Shown here: piece by piece, positions 1 through 12,611 of the stretch
Position numbering within the stretch: position 1 is the first letter of the stretch
How the letters are laid out: each line of letters begins with the position of its first letter
Assembly: GCA_965202585.1 (NCBI GenBank)
Contig: OZ241826.1
Span: 79,980,001-80,044,000 of the forward strand
Direction of reading: 5' to 3'
Source: Thalia democratica
Lineage: Eukaryota
DNA: 64,000 bases
Notes under the pieces: generated by a model
The model's database searches: none
The model's input: the letters and a program-made list of their open reading frames with translations, nothing else
Told to the model about the DNA's origin: nothing
Program-made: the position numbers and the translations under genes

Positions 1-2691
1 TAACAAAATATTTCAAATATTGGTCGTAAGTGACCAGTAGTTATACAATAAGATATACAAGACACACAATTTCGATAGCTTTTTCTTTCACTATTTCTAA
101 ATTGTTAGTTATGATGTACGCGAATAACTAAACAGTAACAGTCCCTTTTTTTACTAATGAGTTACTAACTATTACATAATTTAATTAATGATATAAAAGC
201 TGTTTTAGTTTTTTGATATTTTATTAACGTTAAAGTTAAATATAGTAAGTAAAAATACATATTTTCAGCGGAAAAACTTAAGTTATACTCTAAGTAATTA
301 TTAAAGCATAAGTTTTGGAAAAAAAAAGATTGTAAAAGTTAATTTAAAAAGTATGAATTTTAAACTAATATTTTTAAAATGTGTTTAAACTTTGTGTATA
401 CAAGAAAATATTAAATGTACAGAATATAAAAAAAACTTGTATAGTTTATATTCTTAGCTTAATTAAACTTTATAGTTTCTTAGTAGGATTTTGATGAAAA
501 CACTTTTTAACTCATATACATATTTTTAAGAATAATCTAAGAAAATGAATTCAAGGTGATCAAACCAAATAATAAATTTATTAAAACTTAAAAACTAGAC
601 TACATTTAGTAGCAAAAACTTGCTGTATTAAATTTCAAGTATATAACAATCTCAATAAATAAAAAAAAAACAGCTAAAAAAAATTGATTTATTTATAAAT
701 TGTTCAGTTTCTAAATATTTTAGTTTGGAGGATTAATCTAATTGCCACTGAGGCCTTGAATACTAAAGCCAGAATGAAAATTGCTTGGATAAATTTATTG
801 AGCATCATTTAATGTTCTGAATCTCCAACCGTTAAGGCCATCTTTTTTTGTCTGATCGTCACTGAATTGTTCTATAAAAACTAAGTTTCACGGCAACCGA
901 TACCAGTCACTGAAATAACCGACGACGATCACGACCAATCACGTTCAATCAAGACCACGATTTACGACAGTGGTGGGGATCACCGCGCCACGAAAAACAG
1001 CGCAGTCGTCATTGATAATCAATTTTCTGCTGACGGACATTACCGCAAAGTGAAAACGCGAAAATACAACCTGCCAGTAGCAACTGCGGTGTAAACAATG
1101 AAAGACGGTTTAATACAAAATAAACAGAAGAAACATAAATTCACTTAAGTCTAACAGGTGAAAGCCTGCGAGGTCGGCGACGTTTCGAGCTATGTGTTCG
1201 GAAATAAAAGTGAAGCTTTTCGTCTGTATTTCATTTTTTTTTTCCATTAGGAATTCTTTTTGTTTAAGTTTTTTGCTTCATGTAAAAATAGGTTTTTAAA
1301 TAATTTTGTTGCTGCTTTATCAAAAATAAAATATTTTAAAAGTGACTTAATAGCACTTAATTTGTTTTCATTTAGTTTTGATTTTTACCTTTTAGATGTG
1401 ATGAAAGGTGAAACAAAAAGAAAACTTGTAAGCAATGTATCTTAATTCGGCGACAAGAAGCAAATCTAAACTTTTATAAGACGTGTGTATTGAAGGTTAC
1501 TAGCGTGCGCGAAATACGCCTAAGGGCTTCTTATGGCGATCATGCCAAAAGTAAACAGCCGCTGCCAACAAAAATCCGCTGATAATTCGCTGCCTTTCTA
1601 ATTAACAGCATAAGGAGCTTTTGCTTAGAAGAAAAGCTGAAGTGAGTTCAAAACAAAGTCGATGTCCATCATTCACATACAACTTGCCCTCACCTAATTT
1701 CGCTGCTTTTTATCTCGCTGAGATTATCCCCTTCGTTTCGTTCACTCGCAAGCTGCTGCCTCTTGTCACAAACTAGGAAAGAAAATTCGAAATTTCATTG
1801 TTGTGAAGTCGCTTTGAAAAAGAGGAAATGAAGTTCGTCGTGGAAAATTACTGGTTGTTTTATCGTTGATTTTTTTTAATCACTTAGAAAGTTCATTCGC
1901 TTGTCAGCTCTTATTAAATACAATATTTCTGACGTATTCTTTTAAGTTTTTTTTTCTAGTCTTTTCTTGACTTGATATTACCAAATTATATTAACTTTGA
2001 CTTTACTTTTGGAGCAACAAATTTTGATGTAGTTTGTAGTTATTTTATATAGTTTAAATCAATGATAAATTTAAAATCTCTATTACTTCTTAAAAGCTGT
2101 TAAAGCTCACTTGTTACTCTACAAGCTTTAAATAGCCGAAATGGCTTTTGTATAAATTTGTGTTTTTATATTAAGTTTTATAACTATTTAAATAATTGCT
2201 TGCTTTTGTTAAATAATATAAGTGTCAAATTGGAGTCTAAATTTGTTTAATCAAGAATATGAAGATTAAAGGTTTTCTGCCAACACATTTTAGTGTTGCT
2301 AGCTAGTGATTGTCAGTTTTAATGTATAGAATTTGTGCTCTGATTATTAAAACAACTATGAACACTTGTTAGTACTTGTGCTTGACTATGTTAAGTAATT
2401 CTTAAATTAAACTTTTAAAGTCCTGAACTCCCTTTTCTTTAAACACTAAGTTACTGTCTATATATTAGTTCGTAATGTATAAAGTTCATCGTGGAAAATT
2501 GCTGGTTTTTTTATTGTTGAGTTGAATTTGGGCAGCTCGACAGATTGCCGCCTTTTGCTCGACGATATTCAAATATGATCTATTTTTAAAATTCAATCGC
2601 TTGTCAGAAACGGTTTACCATGCTTTTATATGTCATGTGAAATCATGATAAACCGTTTGTAGATTGACGACTGCAAGTTTTTTTCTGTTGT

Positions 2692-2734
2692 GACTGACTG
2701 ATGAGTCCTATTAAGGACTAAACTGGCCTCAGTC
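2692..2734 (+). ncRNA. Degenerate hammerhead-like motif (probably inactive)
   Basis: GACTGA/TCAGTC stem I, CTGATGA core, GTCC/GGAC stem II; but TAAA replaces GAAA and GCC replaces GUC. Confidence 0.4.
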
Positions 2735-5629
2735 TACCGAGAGCTTGTGGTCTGATGAACAATTGGCATTATCGACCCTTTGTTAATCTTGGGCTTGTCT
2801 CACGGCAAACGAAAGTCCAGGCTTTTGCTTTGCAGACTTTTGCCGATTTTTTTGTTAATAGTTTATTTAACATCTATTTTTTTTCACACTTTTACAGCAC
2901 AACGGTTTTCAATTATTAAAAACTTTTTAATACTAGTTATTACAGATTTTTACTTTATAAAAAATATCGCCATATGAAATTTGTTTTAAGTGTTATAATC
3001 AGGGACCATAAAAATGCTCTAAACTTTAATTGTGTTGTATTTTCTTTTTCAACTAATCTATGGACTAAATGTAAACTTAAGTACCACAGTTAAGGCATTT
3101 ACTTAGTCGTTTCTTTTTGTTTAAAGTCCGTAAAATTATTAATACTAAAACAAACTACTGTCTAAAACTTAAAACTGTTCGCTATAAAAATAAAAAGTTT
3201 TTATCAAAACAACTAAAAAAACGATTTTAAACTCACAACAGAAATTATTTTTCTAAATATAAACCATCTTCTAAAAAATATATTTATTATAGCATAAAGG
3301 ATAGCTTACTAAGTAATCAAAACTTAAATTGCAATAACAATTTGTCCTTATAGCACTTATGCGTTAAGCGCTGTATATTTTGCTTAAAATTAATAAAACT
3401 TTTATAAAGCTTGTTTATTACATTAAGTTTATATACTCAAATTTTTATACAATAACCTTTTCTACACAAACTTGTGTTTTGGTTTTCAACAACATCTGTA
3501 AATGATGTTGTAATTTCAACACCTAATTAGAAATAAAAATGTGGTAATTGTTTATTAATTGAACCTTATATTTTCTTTTTTATTACATCTATCAATGTGG
3601 AAACTCCTACTCCAAACTGAATTGTTCCATTATAATCTGTATTTACTAATCCATTTACACCATAAAAAATCTTTCTTTCAATAAATAGACCACATCTAAT
3701 TTAGGACTATAAGAAAAGTTACTATACTTTATGTTCTAAAGAAAAATCTGAACAAAGATAAAAAACTAACTTAAAGCTATGATGAGTTAGGGAATTTCTT
3801 AGCTTACATACCAAGAAACTGTGTTTATAAAAACGATACAGTTTAGTTACTGCTTCCATACTTAAAACAACCCAAAGTTACATAAAAGCGCAATGTATGA
3901 ATCAAAAGATGTAAGTTTTAAAAGTCTTGAAATTCTTAATTTTATTACGTTCTGAATAAAAAATTATACCAAGATATAATAAATATGCACATAGTTGACA
4001 ATATTAGTGTGAATTTTATAATAACCAATATTACACCAACAATGTGATAGGCTTTTTTTTTTTTTTTTGCTATTTCAGTATTTTCAAACTAAAATAAAGT
4101 GTGTTACGATTTAACTTTAGTTCAATTGTATTCAAAAAAATGTGAAGTAGTTATATTACAAATATGATATACTTTACTAACTTTAGTTCTTTGTAAATTT
4201 AGTATTTTTTTAGTTAAATATGTTAAATCAAAAATAACTAATTAAGTTTTATCAGCTGTCGTTATTTTTACAAGCTTATTATTATTACAAAGCTTAACTA
4301 AAAATGTCATTGCCTTTTTAATGCATAGTTTTAATTTCTTCTATGAAACATGTGTTATTTTTACTTTATTGTTTTTTAATAAAACGGAAACATCAATACA
4401 ACAATGAAATATTTAAACCACATGTTATACATTGTCGTTGTTTTAAATAAGTAAATAAGATGACCAAATTTTTAAATTGACGAAGTAAGAATTTACGTAA
4501 ACTCGATTTTTGTAACTTCAGCTGCGTAATTTAAAAGTCAGAACTAAAAATGCCTTAGTTTGAATTTCTGCAATTCGAATAGTAATTTAGAATTTAAAAG
4601 TTTAGTTGCTGTATTTGGAGTTTTATAGTTATAAAGTTCAGAATTTTAAATGCTGGTTTAAATTTTAAAAAGCGTAATTTAGATAGTGGTATTTCAAGTC
4701 TACATAACTTGAATCTTTAAGTTTGAAATGTATTTCATTCTGAGTATTACAAACTAATACTTAAAGATTACCGCAAATGACCTAAAAGTTTATCATTTAT
4801 ACACAACAAACTACTATAGTTTGTTCTAGTATTGTTTTTAGAAAGTTCTTGATTACAAACTATACAAAAACTTAACACCTACGCTTGTTATGCAATCTCT
4901 ATATTAACAAAACGAGCTTATCACTGCTTCTTAAAACTTTTACAAGGAACTTTCTTCACTCTCGCAAGCCGGTCTTTTGATTTTGCATTAGCTTCGCGAA
5001 GTAAAAACTTAAAAAGCTCGCCGTGAAAGTAAACTACAAACCGAGCCGAAGGCTTAAAATGAAACTTGGACAAACACAAAAAGCTCTCGTCAATCAATAA
5101 ATTGAATGCAGAAGAAATCCAACAACGGAGATTGTCTATGAAAAGAAGAGAAAAAGTGACAACTAAGCCGTGAATCGTGGAACGAGGCATGAAATATGAG
5201 CTTTAGTAAGCATTAGCTTTGACGGTTTGTTTTGCTGGTAATAGCGCCGATGCTTGTTCGAGCGAAATTGAGTAAAATAAAACATAAACTTAAAACACGT
5301 GTGGCCAACAAACATCAAAGTTGCAAAGAAATAAACAACGTCGCATGTCGTGCTGACTATCGTTTTTTGTATTCACAAAAAATAAGATATGTAACTAACT
5401 TTTATTAAAACATATTGTTTCATCCTGAAATTATATCGATACTAGCAAATTAGTTGTCATTAAAGTGAAATCTAAATTAAATATTTTAAATGAATTTTTA
5501 AACTTATTAATTAAGTATTTTATTAGTTTTAAAGTTGTTTTCGTGTTACTATGAGGTTCGGAACTTTTAATTATGTCTAAAATTTTTCAGCAGACATATA
5601 AACACAACAAAATTCATTTAACAGTTAAC

Positions 5630-6105
5630 TTAGTGATTCTTAAAAACACACAAAAATTCATCAATATGTTTGTAGTCGTCTACATTGACCTTTGTGCGAA
5701 TATCGCAAGCAGATTTTTGTATGAAAACCCCCAACAACAAAACAACAAGTAGCTTTCTCGTTGTTTCTCGTCTGAAATAGTTAATCACCTTCAGAGTTCT
5801 ATACATCAGTGATTTTACTCTAAGTAGCTTTCTATGCAAGAGATTTTAATGATAGGTTTATATTATTGTAGTTTTTGTCTTTCTACTTGCGCGGTAACTA
5901 AGCTTTTAGATGAGCAGCTTAGTTAATCTTTTTTGATATATTTGTTGCCGTTGAAGCAAGTTTGGGTTTTAAAGTAGGATTCAGAGTTAGCTTTGAGACT
6001 ATTGAGAAATTGCAAGCAGCTTTTTGTTTGAAAACCGCCATCAACAAAACAACAAGAAGAAGCCTTCTCGCTGTTTCTCGTCTCAAATAGTTAATCACCT
6101 TATTA
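5630..6105 (-). repeat. Two local copies of a ~150-nt block also present in gene A intron 2 (20118-20270, +)
   Basis: gtgattaactatttcagacgagaaacaacgagaaag...gtcaatgtagacgac matches 20120-20240; second shorter copy at ~5990-6105. Confidence 0.85.
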
Positions 6106-7063
6106 GTTATACACATAAACGTTTTTTTTTTTCACGCAGAAGGTTTTAATGGTTGAGCGAATTATAGGGAAGGTCAATTAGAATAACAAATTAATTGTCA
6201 GTTTTTGTCTTTCTACCTGCATGACAGCTAAGCTTCGAGATAAGCAGTTTGCGGCAATTTCGATCTTTTTTTTAGATAGACTCGATGCCAGCCAAGCACA
6301 AATAGTAAAATTTACGAAATTATTTACATGCGATCAAAAACTGCAGGCTAAAAACTAAAAAAAAATCTTCAAAACATTTTTTAAGCACTTCTTTTTTTGG
6401 ATTTGTTGCTATTAAACTTCACATAAATCTTTCGCAGCAACTTTCGGAAAAAATGGCTTTCGATCGCTCTTTTAATCTGATGTTGTGGAGATTTATAACC
6501 AAGTTTTTACCTTAAAAAAATTGACGCGTTCTCATGTCAACGAGATTATGTCTCGCCCGTTTTGTTTATCAGGGTTGCAGTATCAGGGTTGATAAACAAT
6601 AAGGAAGAAATTCGGAATATGACTTAGACGAAATAGACGAATGTTTTAGATCGTATGCAGGTTATTTTGAAAGAATATATGTATACGTAAATAAATTTCT
6701 AACTAATACAAGAAATTAAAAGCATATATTTTTAATAAATACAAAATTAAACCACAGGTTTTAAGAAAATTTTCATTTGTTTTCTGACGCTGTCATGGAA
6801 AAATAAACATGTGTCTACAAAACTAACTGGTTAAGAAATAAGTTAAAATCACATTTTTAACAAAATCAGCTGCTAATAAAACAAAATTATCTGCAAAATT
6901 CAAAGATTAAAAGAAGGTATTCTACACTTAAGTACGAAGTTTATTTATCTCAAAAAATTCAACTTGTTAAAAAAATCATTTTTCGTTGTCACGGTTATTG
7001 ACCCTCGCTTAGTGGCTTATATTAACGACGGCCACAAAAACATATGTCGATTCAAATTCTGTT

Positions 7064-7135
7064 ACTTTTATGACGTCACACAGGAAGTGAATCTTCGTTG
7101 CGTGGGAACCAGCTGATTATGATTGAGTTGTTTCT
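7064..7135 (-). pseudogene. Fragment homologous to gene A exon 2
   Basis: Reverse complement caactcaatcataatcagctggttcccacgcaacgaagattcacttcctgtgtgacgtca aligns to 19320-19382. Confidence 0.75.
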
Positions 7136-7866
7136 AAATAAAAAGTACACTTGTTGTTCTTCAAAGTAAAATTACTTTACTAAAACTTGACTTGTTATGT
7201 ATATTTTTCAAATATATACAACTTAAACAGTCAAATTATTAATTTTTATTTAATCATTTAGATTTTTAAAAAACATATAGTTTATGGATTTTCGATTAGT
7301 CTTAAACACTGTTTATTTAAATAATTTTAGTATTCATTTTGGTATAACCCAAGAACTTTTAATGATTAGTTACTAGACTTGTATTTAAGCAGTATATATT
7401 TTAGACTAAGTTTACTTAATAGTAGTTTAAAAAAAATATCTATTAACCTCTGAATTTACATATTAATAAACAAAAACATTTTATTGGAATAAAAACTAAA
7501 GTTTTTGTTATCACACCGACCAAAATGTCAAAACGAGACGTAAAACAAGTACTGTTTAAAACAGAAAGGATCTATAATAAACTTACTTTAATCAAACAAA
7601 AAATTTATGTCCTATAACTACATTTTATTGAATAGCTAAAAACTACTTACTGATTATTATATTTACCGAAACATAAAATTAAACACAAAACAAGTTCTGT
7701 TTAAAACATGAAGCGTCTTTTTCGCACTTCTAAAAATAAATCCACTTAAAGTTCACAATAAATGTTGCGACACTGTTGAAAAAAGAAATAAATTTAATAA
7801 CACAGTTTACAGGACGGAAGTTCTTAAAATACGTCGAAAAAAATTTAGTATGTAAAGTATCCTTAA

Positions 7867-8118
7867 AGGAAGGTGAATGGTGATTTTTGAGGATGAAGAA
7901 GTACGACCCCAAGTGACGGTGAACGGAGGAAATGAAAAACATCTTTTAAAAAGAGTGTTAACCTTAAATAGTTTTTATTTTTTCTATATGCCAAAAAGTT
8001 AATTCTAAATTTTTTATTTACTTGTTTATATTGCCCAAATCAATTTCGTCTAAATACTGACCGACTCTATGACAACTCCATTTGCTCATTTCATCAGAAT
8101 TTTTTAATATCATTATCA
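7867..8118 (-). pseudogene. Decayed copy of SAM-encoding exons 12 (3' part, 8118-8022) and 13 (3' part, 7935-7867)
   Basis: Reverse complement matches exon 12 (aattctgatgaaatgagcaaatggagttgt...) with a 1-nt deletion (gatttgggcaa vs gatttggggcaa) causing a frameshift. The 5' half of exon 13 is missing. Confidence 0.85.
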
Positions 8119-8357
8119 AAAATTGACTAGAAGAAAAAAGAAAGCTACATACAGCTTTTATTATTATTACAGTTGTTATTATGATTTTAAAACGTAACTA
8201 AAGTTTAAATTTTACCTTAAACTCAATCTTAATATTAAAATTTAGTTTTTTTAGCTTTTTAAGTAAAATTTTTGAGTAAAACGTTGTTTTTATTTAAATT
8301 TAGTTGTTTAAATGCTATTTTCTATGACTGTCACATATCTTTTTAGATTTATTTAAG

Positions 8358-8390
8358 CACTGACGAGGTCTTTGACCGAAACTTAGTTTG
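8358..8390 (+). ncRNA. Minimal type-I hammerhead-ribozyme-like motif, possible Penelope-like retroelement relic
   Basis: CTGACGA (8360-8366), GGTC-ttt-GACC stem II, GAAA, C-tta-G, TT; all core nucleotides present, but stem I is only 2 bp; A-rich tail follows. Confidence 0.45.
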
Positions 8391-9082
8391 AAAAATAAAT
8401 TATTGAAAAAATAAATTCATTATTTCTCCTCCAGTAGTTAAGATCTCTTATTTGTTTTCTTAAAACCGAAACATATAATAGATATACTTTTAGTAGATTT
8501 ATGTAAATAGATTTGGTAGATATTTATAAAAAAACCGTTTACAAAAATTTTTGATTAAAAATAAAAGTTTGATTCCAAGTAACACAGTTTAAGTATAATA
8601 AGTAAAAAAGGAGTAATACAATTTAAAATCATTTTAGTGTGCACAATTTCTTTAACGCTTAGCACGTACAACTAAAATTTTCCGGTTTGAAAAAATTACT
8701 TTTCTATATAAGCTTATCATAAAATATAAAAAAATTAAATCAAAAAGTAACAACAGATTGCCCGAAATAAGAGAAAAAATTGGTTAAAGAACTAATAAAC
8801 TACACATTACCCAAAAGTAGTTTGAATCTTAAATCACCTAGTGTAACTTTCATACTTTATTTGTTAGGGCATTTAAAAAAATCAGATCTTTTATATCTTA
8901 AGCGTACAATTTTATTAAAAAAATAGGGCTTTTCACTTAGTGAAATGTTAACATTTTATTTCAACTTTTCCCTAAATGTAGTGTGTTATACAAAGTAGCA
9001 AAATGAATAAACTAAATAAAAAATAATCGTTAATTAAAAAAGTAATGAGCAATTCAACTTAGCTTTTGTTTTCTGTTTAACT

Positions 9083-9327
9083 TTTAAACGGTATACTATC
9101 AAAATCCTCCTGATCAAAATCGATCCGCGTTCAAAATCCACCCGATTATTTTTTCTTTATTTATTAATTTACTTCAGATATTTTTTGAATTTTTATGAAT
9201 TAATTTTTTATTTATTTTTTACTATCACTATTACCCCTAACCCTTAGCCTTGATCGGTAAGCGGCTCTTAAATTTGTCTGGTGAATTTTGATTGCGGGTG
9301 GATTTTGAACGTGTCCCCGTTTAAACA
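9083..9327. mobile_element. Small non-autonomous element (MITE/HINE-like) with inverted repeats
   Basis: Perfect 17-bp inverted repeat cgttcaaaatccacccg (9128-9144) / cgggtggattttgaacg (9295-9311); outer tttaaacgg/ccgtttaaa; iterated atcaaaatc; internal ttacccctaaccctta; AT-rich core. Confidence 0.6.
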
Positions 9328-9927
9328 GTTTAATTCTTTCAACTTTTGCTTGATTTTACTTTTAATATTTGAATGTAAAACTAAAAGCGACAGCCAGGGA
9401 TTGTCACAAGCTCGGTGATGGGGAACTCCTGAGCATAAGGGGAATTATCTTTAAACACCCAGCGACTGCCAAGAAAAAAAGGACCGCGGAAAATTGAAGA
9501 TTCGAGAGATGTAACCACTCAGGGGTGAGCTTAATTGTTTTAGACAAGGTCAAAAGCAAACTGAGCACAAAGCAATTTTTGGTAAAAAATAGTAAAGCTT
9601 AATTTAATAACCGATTACAATTGTTCTAAGAAACTTAAAAAAAAAGGAAGTAATTTAAAAATAATTAGTCTGGTACCTAATTAAGAATAAAAAACCTTTT
9701 TATTTTGAAAAATGTTATTGTATTGTAGTTTACTTTGGTAATGTATAAAAAAAGATTTTGTTGATATCTTACTTATCAAAAATAGTAACTTTAATAAAAA
9801 CAACTCACAGTTGAACGTTTAAAACTGTTAACTTAAACACATATACAATTTTTGTTAGCTGGTAGCTGTACTTAGCATAACTTTATACTTTTTATTAGAC
9901 TAAACTAACAATCACACTTGTAACCAG

Positions 9928-10176
9928 ATGATTCTATTTTTATTGTACTACAACTTGGTATCTGACGACGGTTTTGGGGACACTCCGATCGAGTGTTACA
10001 AGCACTACACTGTGGGCAAGCTGAAGGAACTTCTTTCTGAAGAACTTAACTGCAGTGTCCGGCAAATCAAGCTTCAGACTGGTACGAGTATGTTGTATGA
10101 GATGTACGACCATATTGAAGTTTGTGAGTATTTGGACGATGGAGATAGATTTTATGTTGTTCTTGAAGAAATGTAA
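9928..10176 (+). CDS. Small ubiquitin-like (beta-grasp) protein or exon, 82 aa, no C-terminal diGly
   Basis: GC-richer ORF. Pattern TPIEC...TVGKLKELLSEELNCSVRQIKLQTG..ML.....VCEYLDDGDRFYVVL parallels ubiquitin TITLEV...[29 protein letters not shown]...LSDYNIQKESTLHLVL (by eye). An acceptor-like taaccag lies directly before the ATG. Confidence 0.62.
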   Translation: MILFLLYYNLVSDDGFGDTPIECYKHYTVGKLKELLSEELNCSVRQIKLQTGTSMLYEMYDHIEVCEYLDDGDRFYVVLEEM

Positions 10177-12611
10177 CCGACATGCTTTGGAAACAAACTT
10201 TTTCTTGATTTCTGTTTGTTCGTGTTATATTGTTAGAATTTACTTTGAATAATTAAAAAAACAAGAAAGTTTTATTTTTTGAAAAATTTTGATTTAAATA
10301 GATTTTTGTTTTAGTTTTCAAATAAAATCAATAATTATTCAGCAAAGCTTGATTCTAATTATGCTTAATTTGCAGCAGAATTATTGCTAGTCAAGAACTA
10401 GTTTGCTTATTTTTTATATTTACAGCAACAAGATAGTAACAATATTTTCTTACAGTTGTAGTTTGTAAAGGTTTTTCACAGTTCTAATTATATTTATTTG
10501 AATAAATCAAAAATTATTGATATTTTTTTATACAAACTTTTGTTAATATTTTAATAACTTAAAATGCACAGAAAAAAGGTAAATTTGTAGAAATAAAAAA
10601 CACATAATAATTACATTATGAACTTTGTGAAACTATGACAACTATAATAAACCAATCATAAATTTTTCGGTAACAAAACTTAACTTAAAATATCGCGTTT
10701 TTAGTGGATAAGACGTAAAATAATATAAAAGCGTTAAATTTTTAAGGTAATCTACTATAAACTGCAAAAGTATGTCTAGTTTGTCTATTTTATAAAAATG
10801 CGTTGAAATACTTCTTAACTTATTCAAAATAAAAAATTCAAATTTATGTTTTTTGAATTAATTTAGTAAAACTAAATATTTATTTTTGTCTTTAATCAAC
10901 TGATGCTTTATTATGGAATAGTCTGTTTAAAAAAAATAAATATAAGTAGTTTTCCTATTTTTTTCTTGTTTACAAAATTTATTGTTTACAAAACAAGCAT
11001 TAGAAAAATTTAGTTTTGTTAAGTTTATTTGTTATTACTCACATGAAAACAAATAAATAAAAGAACACTACTTGTAGTGATTTAAATTTCTAATGAAGGG
11101 AAATTTAACTGAACATTTCTAATAAATTCGAAATGCGGTGAGTAAAACGAAATAATAGGTTTTATGTTTTATTTTTCCGTATGTACTCATGTACAAACTG
11201 TCGTTACAGAACCAATGTAAACTGTTGTACAAACAAGTGTACATTGGTCAAAATTATTTTTGTTTGTGAGTATGATCTAGTTTTGTAAAAAGAAGATTTT
11301 TAAACTTGTTTATCTATTTAAAAATTTATCAAAGTTTTTTGTTTTTGTTTGAAAGTTTAAAAAAATAACTATAAACAACAATATAAACATTAAAAAAACA
11401 ACATTGACTAAATCTTAATTTAATATAAAATTATATTTACGACTCTTTTTTATAATAAAGTAATTTTAAAAGTTTTATGAGTTAAGTATCGGTAAGAAAT
11501 TTTTATGGTCTGTTTCTAACGTTTTTTTAGATATAAAAAAATATTTAAAGTAAAAGGATTTTAGTATCCAAATGAAAATTTTTCATAGACTATTTTTTCT
11601 AAATAAGTTTTGTATTCGGCTTTAAAATTACTTCGATAGTTTTCATTAAGTCTTTTAACTGTTTAACTAAAACTAGATTATACTTAAGCACTATTAGAAA
11701 TAAATAATTATCCACCAAGTTAAAACAATCTAATTTTTTATTTGAGTAATAAACTTTACGAAATTTAAAAAGTTTAAAAATCACTATCCTATGCAATTAA
11801 AAATAAAAGTAAAGAAGAAATTTATTAATGTAAGATTTGTTTAAAGCTCTTAACAAATACTTAATCTAAAAATTCGTTTAAACAACTATAAAATCAAAAA
11901 AAACCTTCTAAAGTAAATTTTTAAAAACTATATAATTTATTTATGAGATATACAAAAAAACAATTTTTTGTTTTTATTTTACGTAAGTTAACAAATTTGT
12001 TTTGAATAAAATGAAATTTTTCCATCTTTCTAAAATAAATAAACAAACGTGAAATAAAACAACAATATTTTTAATAACAGTATATGTTGTTTACCGCTAG
12101 ATTTAAATCACAGTTATTACTGATGACCAGATCATTGAGTATATAATATATTTGCTATTTAATGGTTCGGACACTTCTATAATTGTTGGTATTTAAACAA
12201 GAAAATGTCATATAAAACAAGTATTTGTTTGAGTATAACAAATTAAAAGTTTCAGCAACTCACATAATACTATCCCTGAAAGAAGTTCTTATGAATTACA
12301 GTAGTACAGTAATATTAATTAAAGCTTCAAAAGTAATCAAGCTCAGTAAAAAACCTATACAAAACATATTATGATTTCACAAATCACATACAAAACACAT
12401 ATAATTAACAAAACCAAGCCGCTTCAATCAGCTAATAAAATATCACAACTGAAATATGTTAGCACTGCAGCGCGCTTTAAAACATTTACTAACCAGAACG
12501 GCTTGAGGGAATCGTAACTCGATTTTCCCAATTGCCTCCTTAAACCGCTACTTTCTCAATATTACATTCTATTTTTACAATTTTAATTTACGGAATTTAA
12601 GTTCAGTTTAT

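Larger units (their letters stand above)
885..8118 (-). repeat. Older decayed inverted copy of the gene-tail/intergenic/promoter unit (patchy homology)
   Basis: Colinear with the right arm: Y 1158-1232, X 1644-1778, alternative-exon homolog ~4990-5190, intron-2 blocks 5630-6105 and ~6550-6600, exon 2 at 7064-7135, exons 13/12 at 7867-8118. Confidence 0.75.

Noticed and set aside
2752-2830. Box C-like TGATGA (C/D snoRNA)
   Set aside because: No box D with a terminal stem found.
11211-11248. Short imperfect palindrome accaatgta...tacattggt
   Set aside because: Short and AT-rich; plausible by chance.
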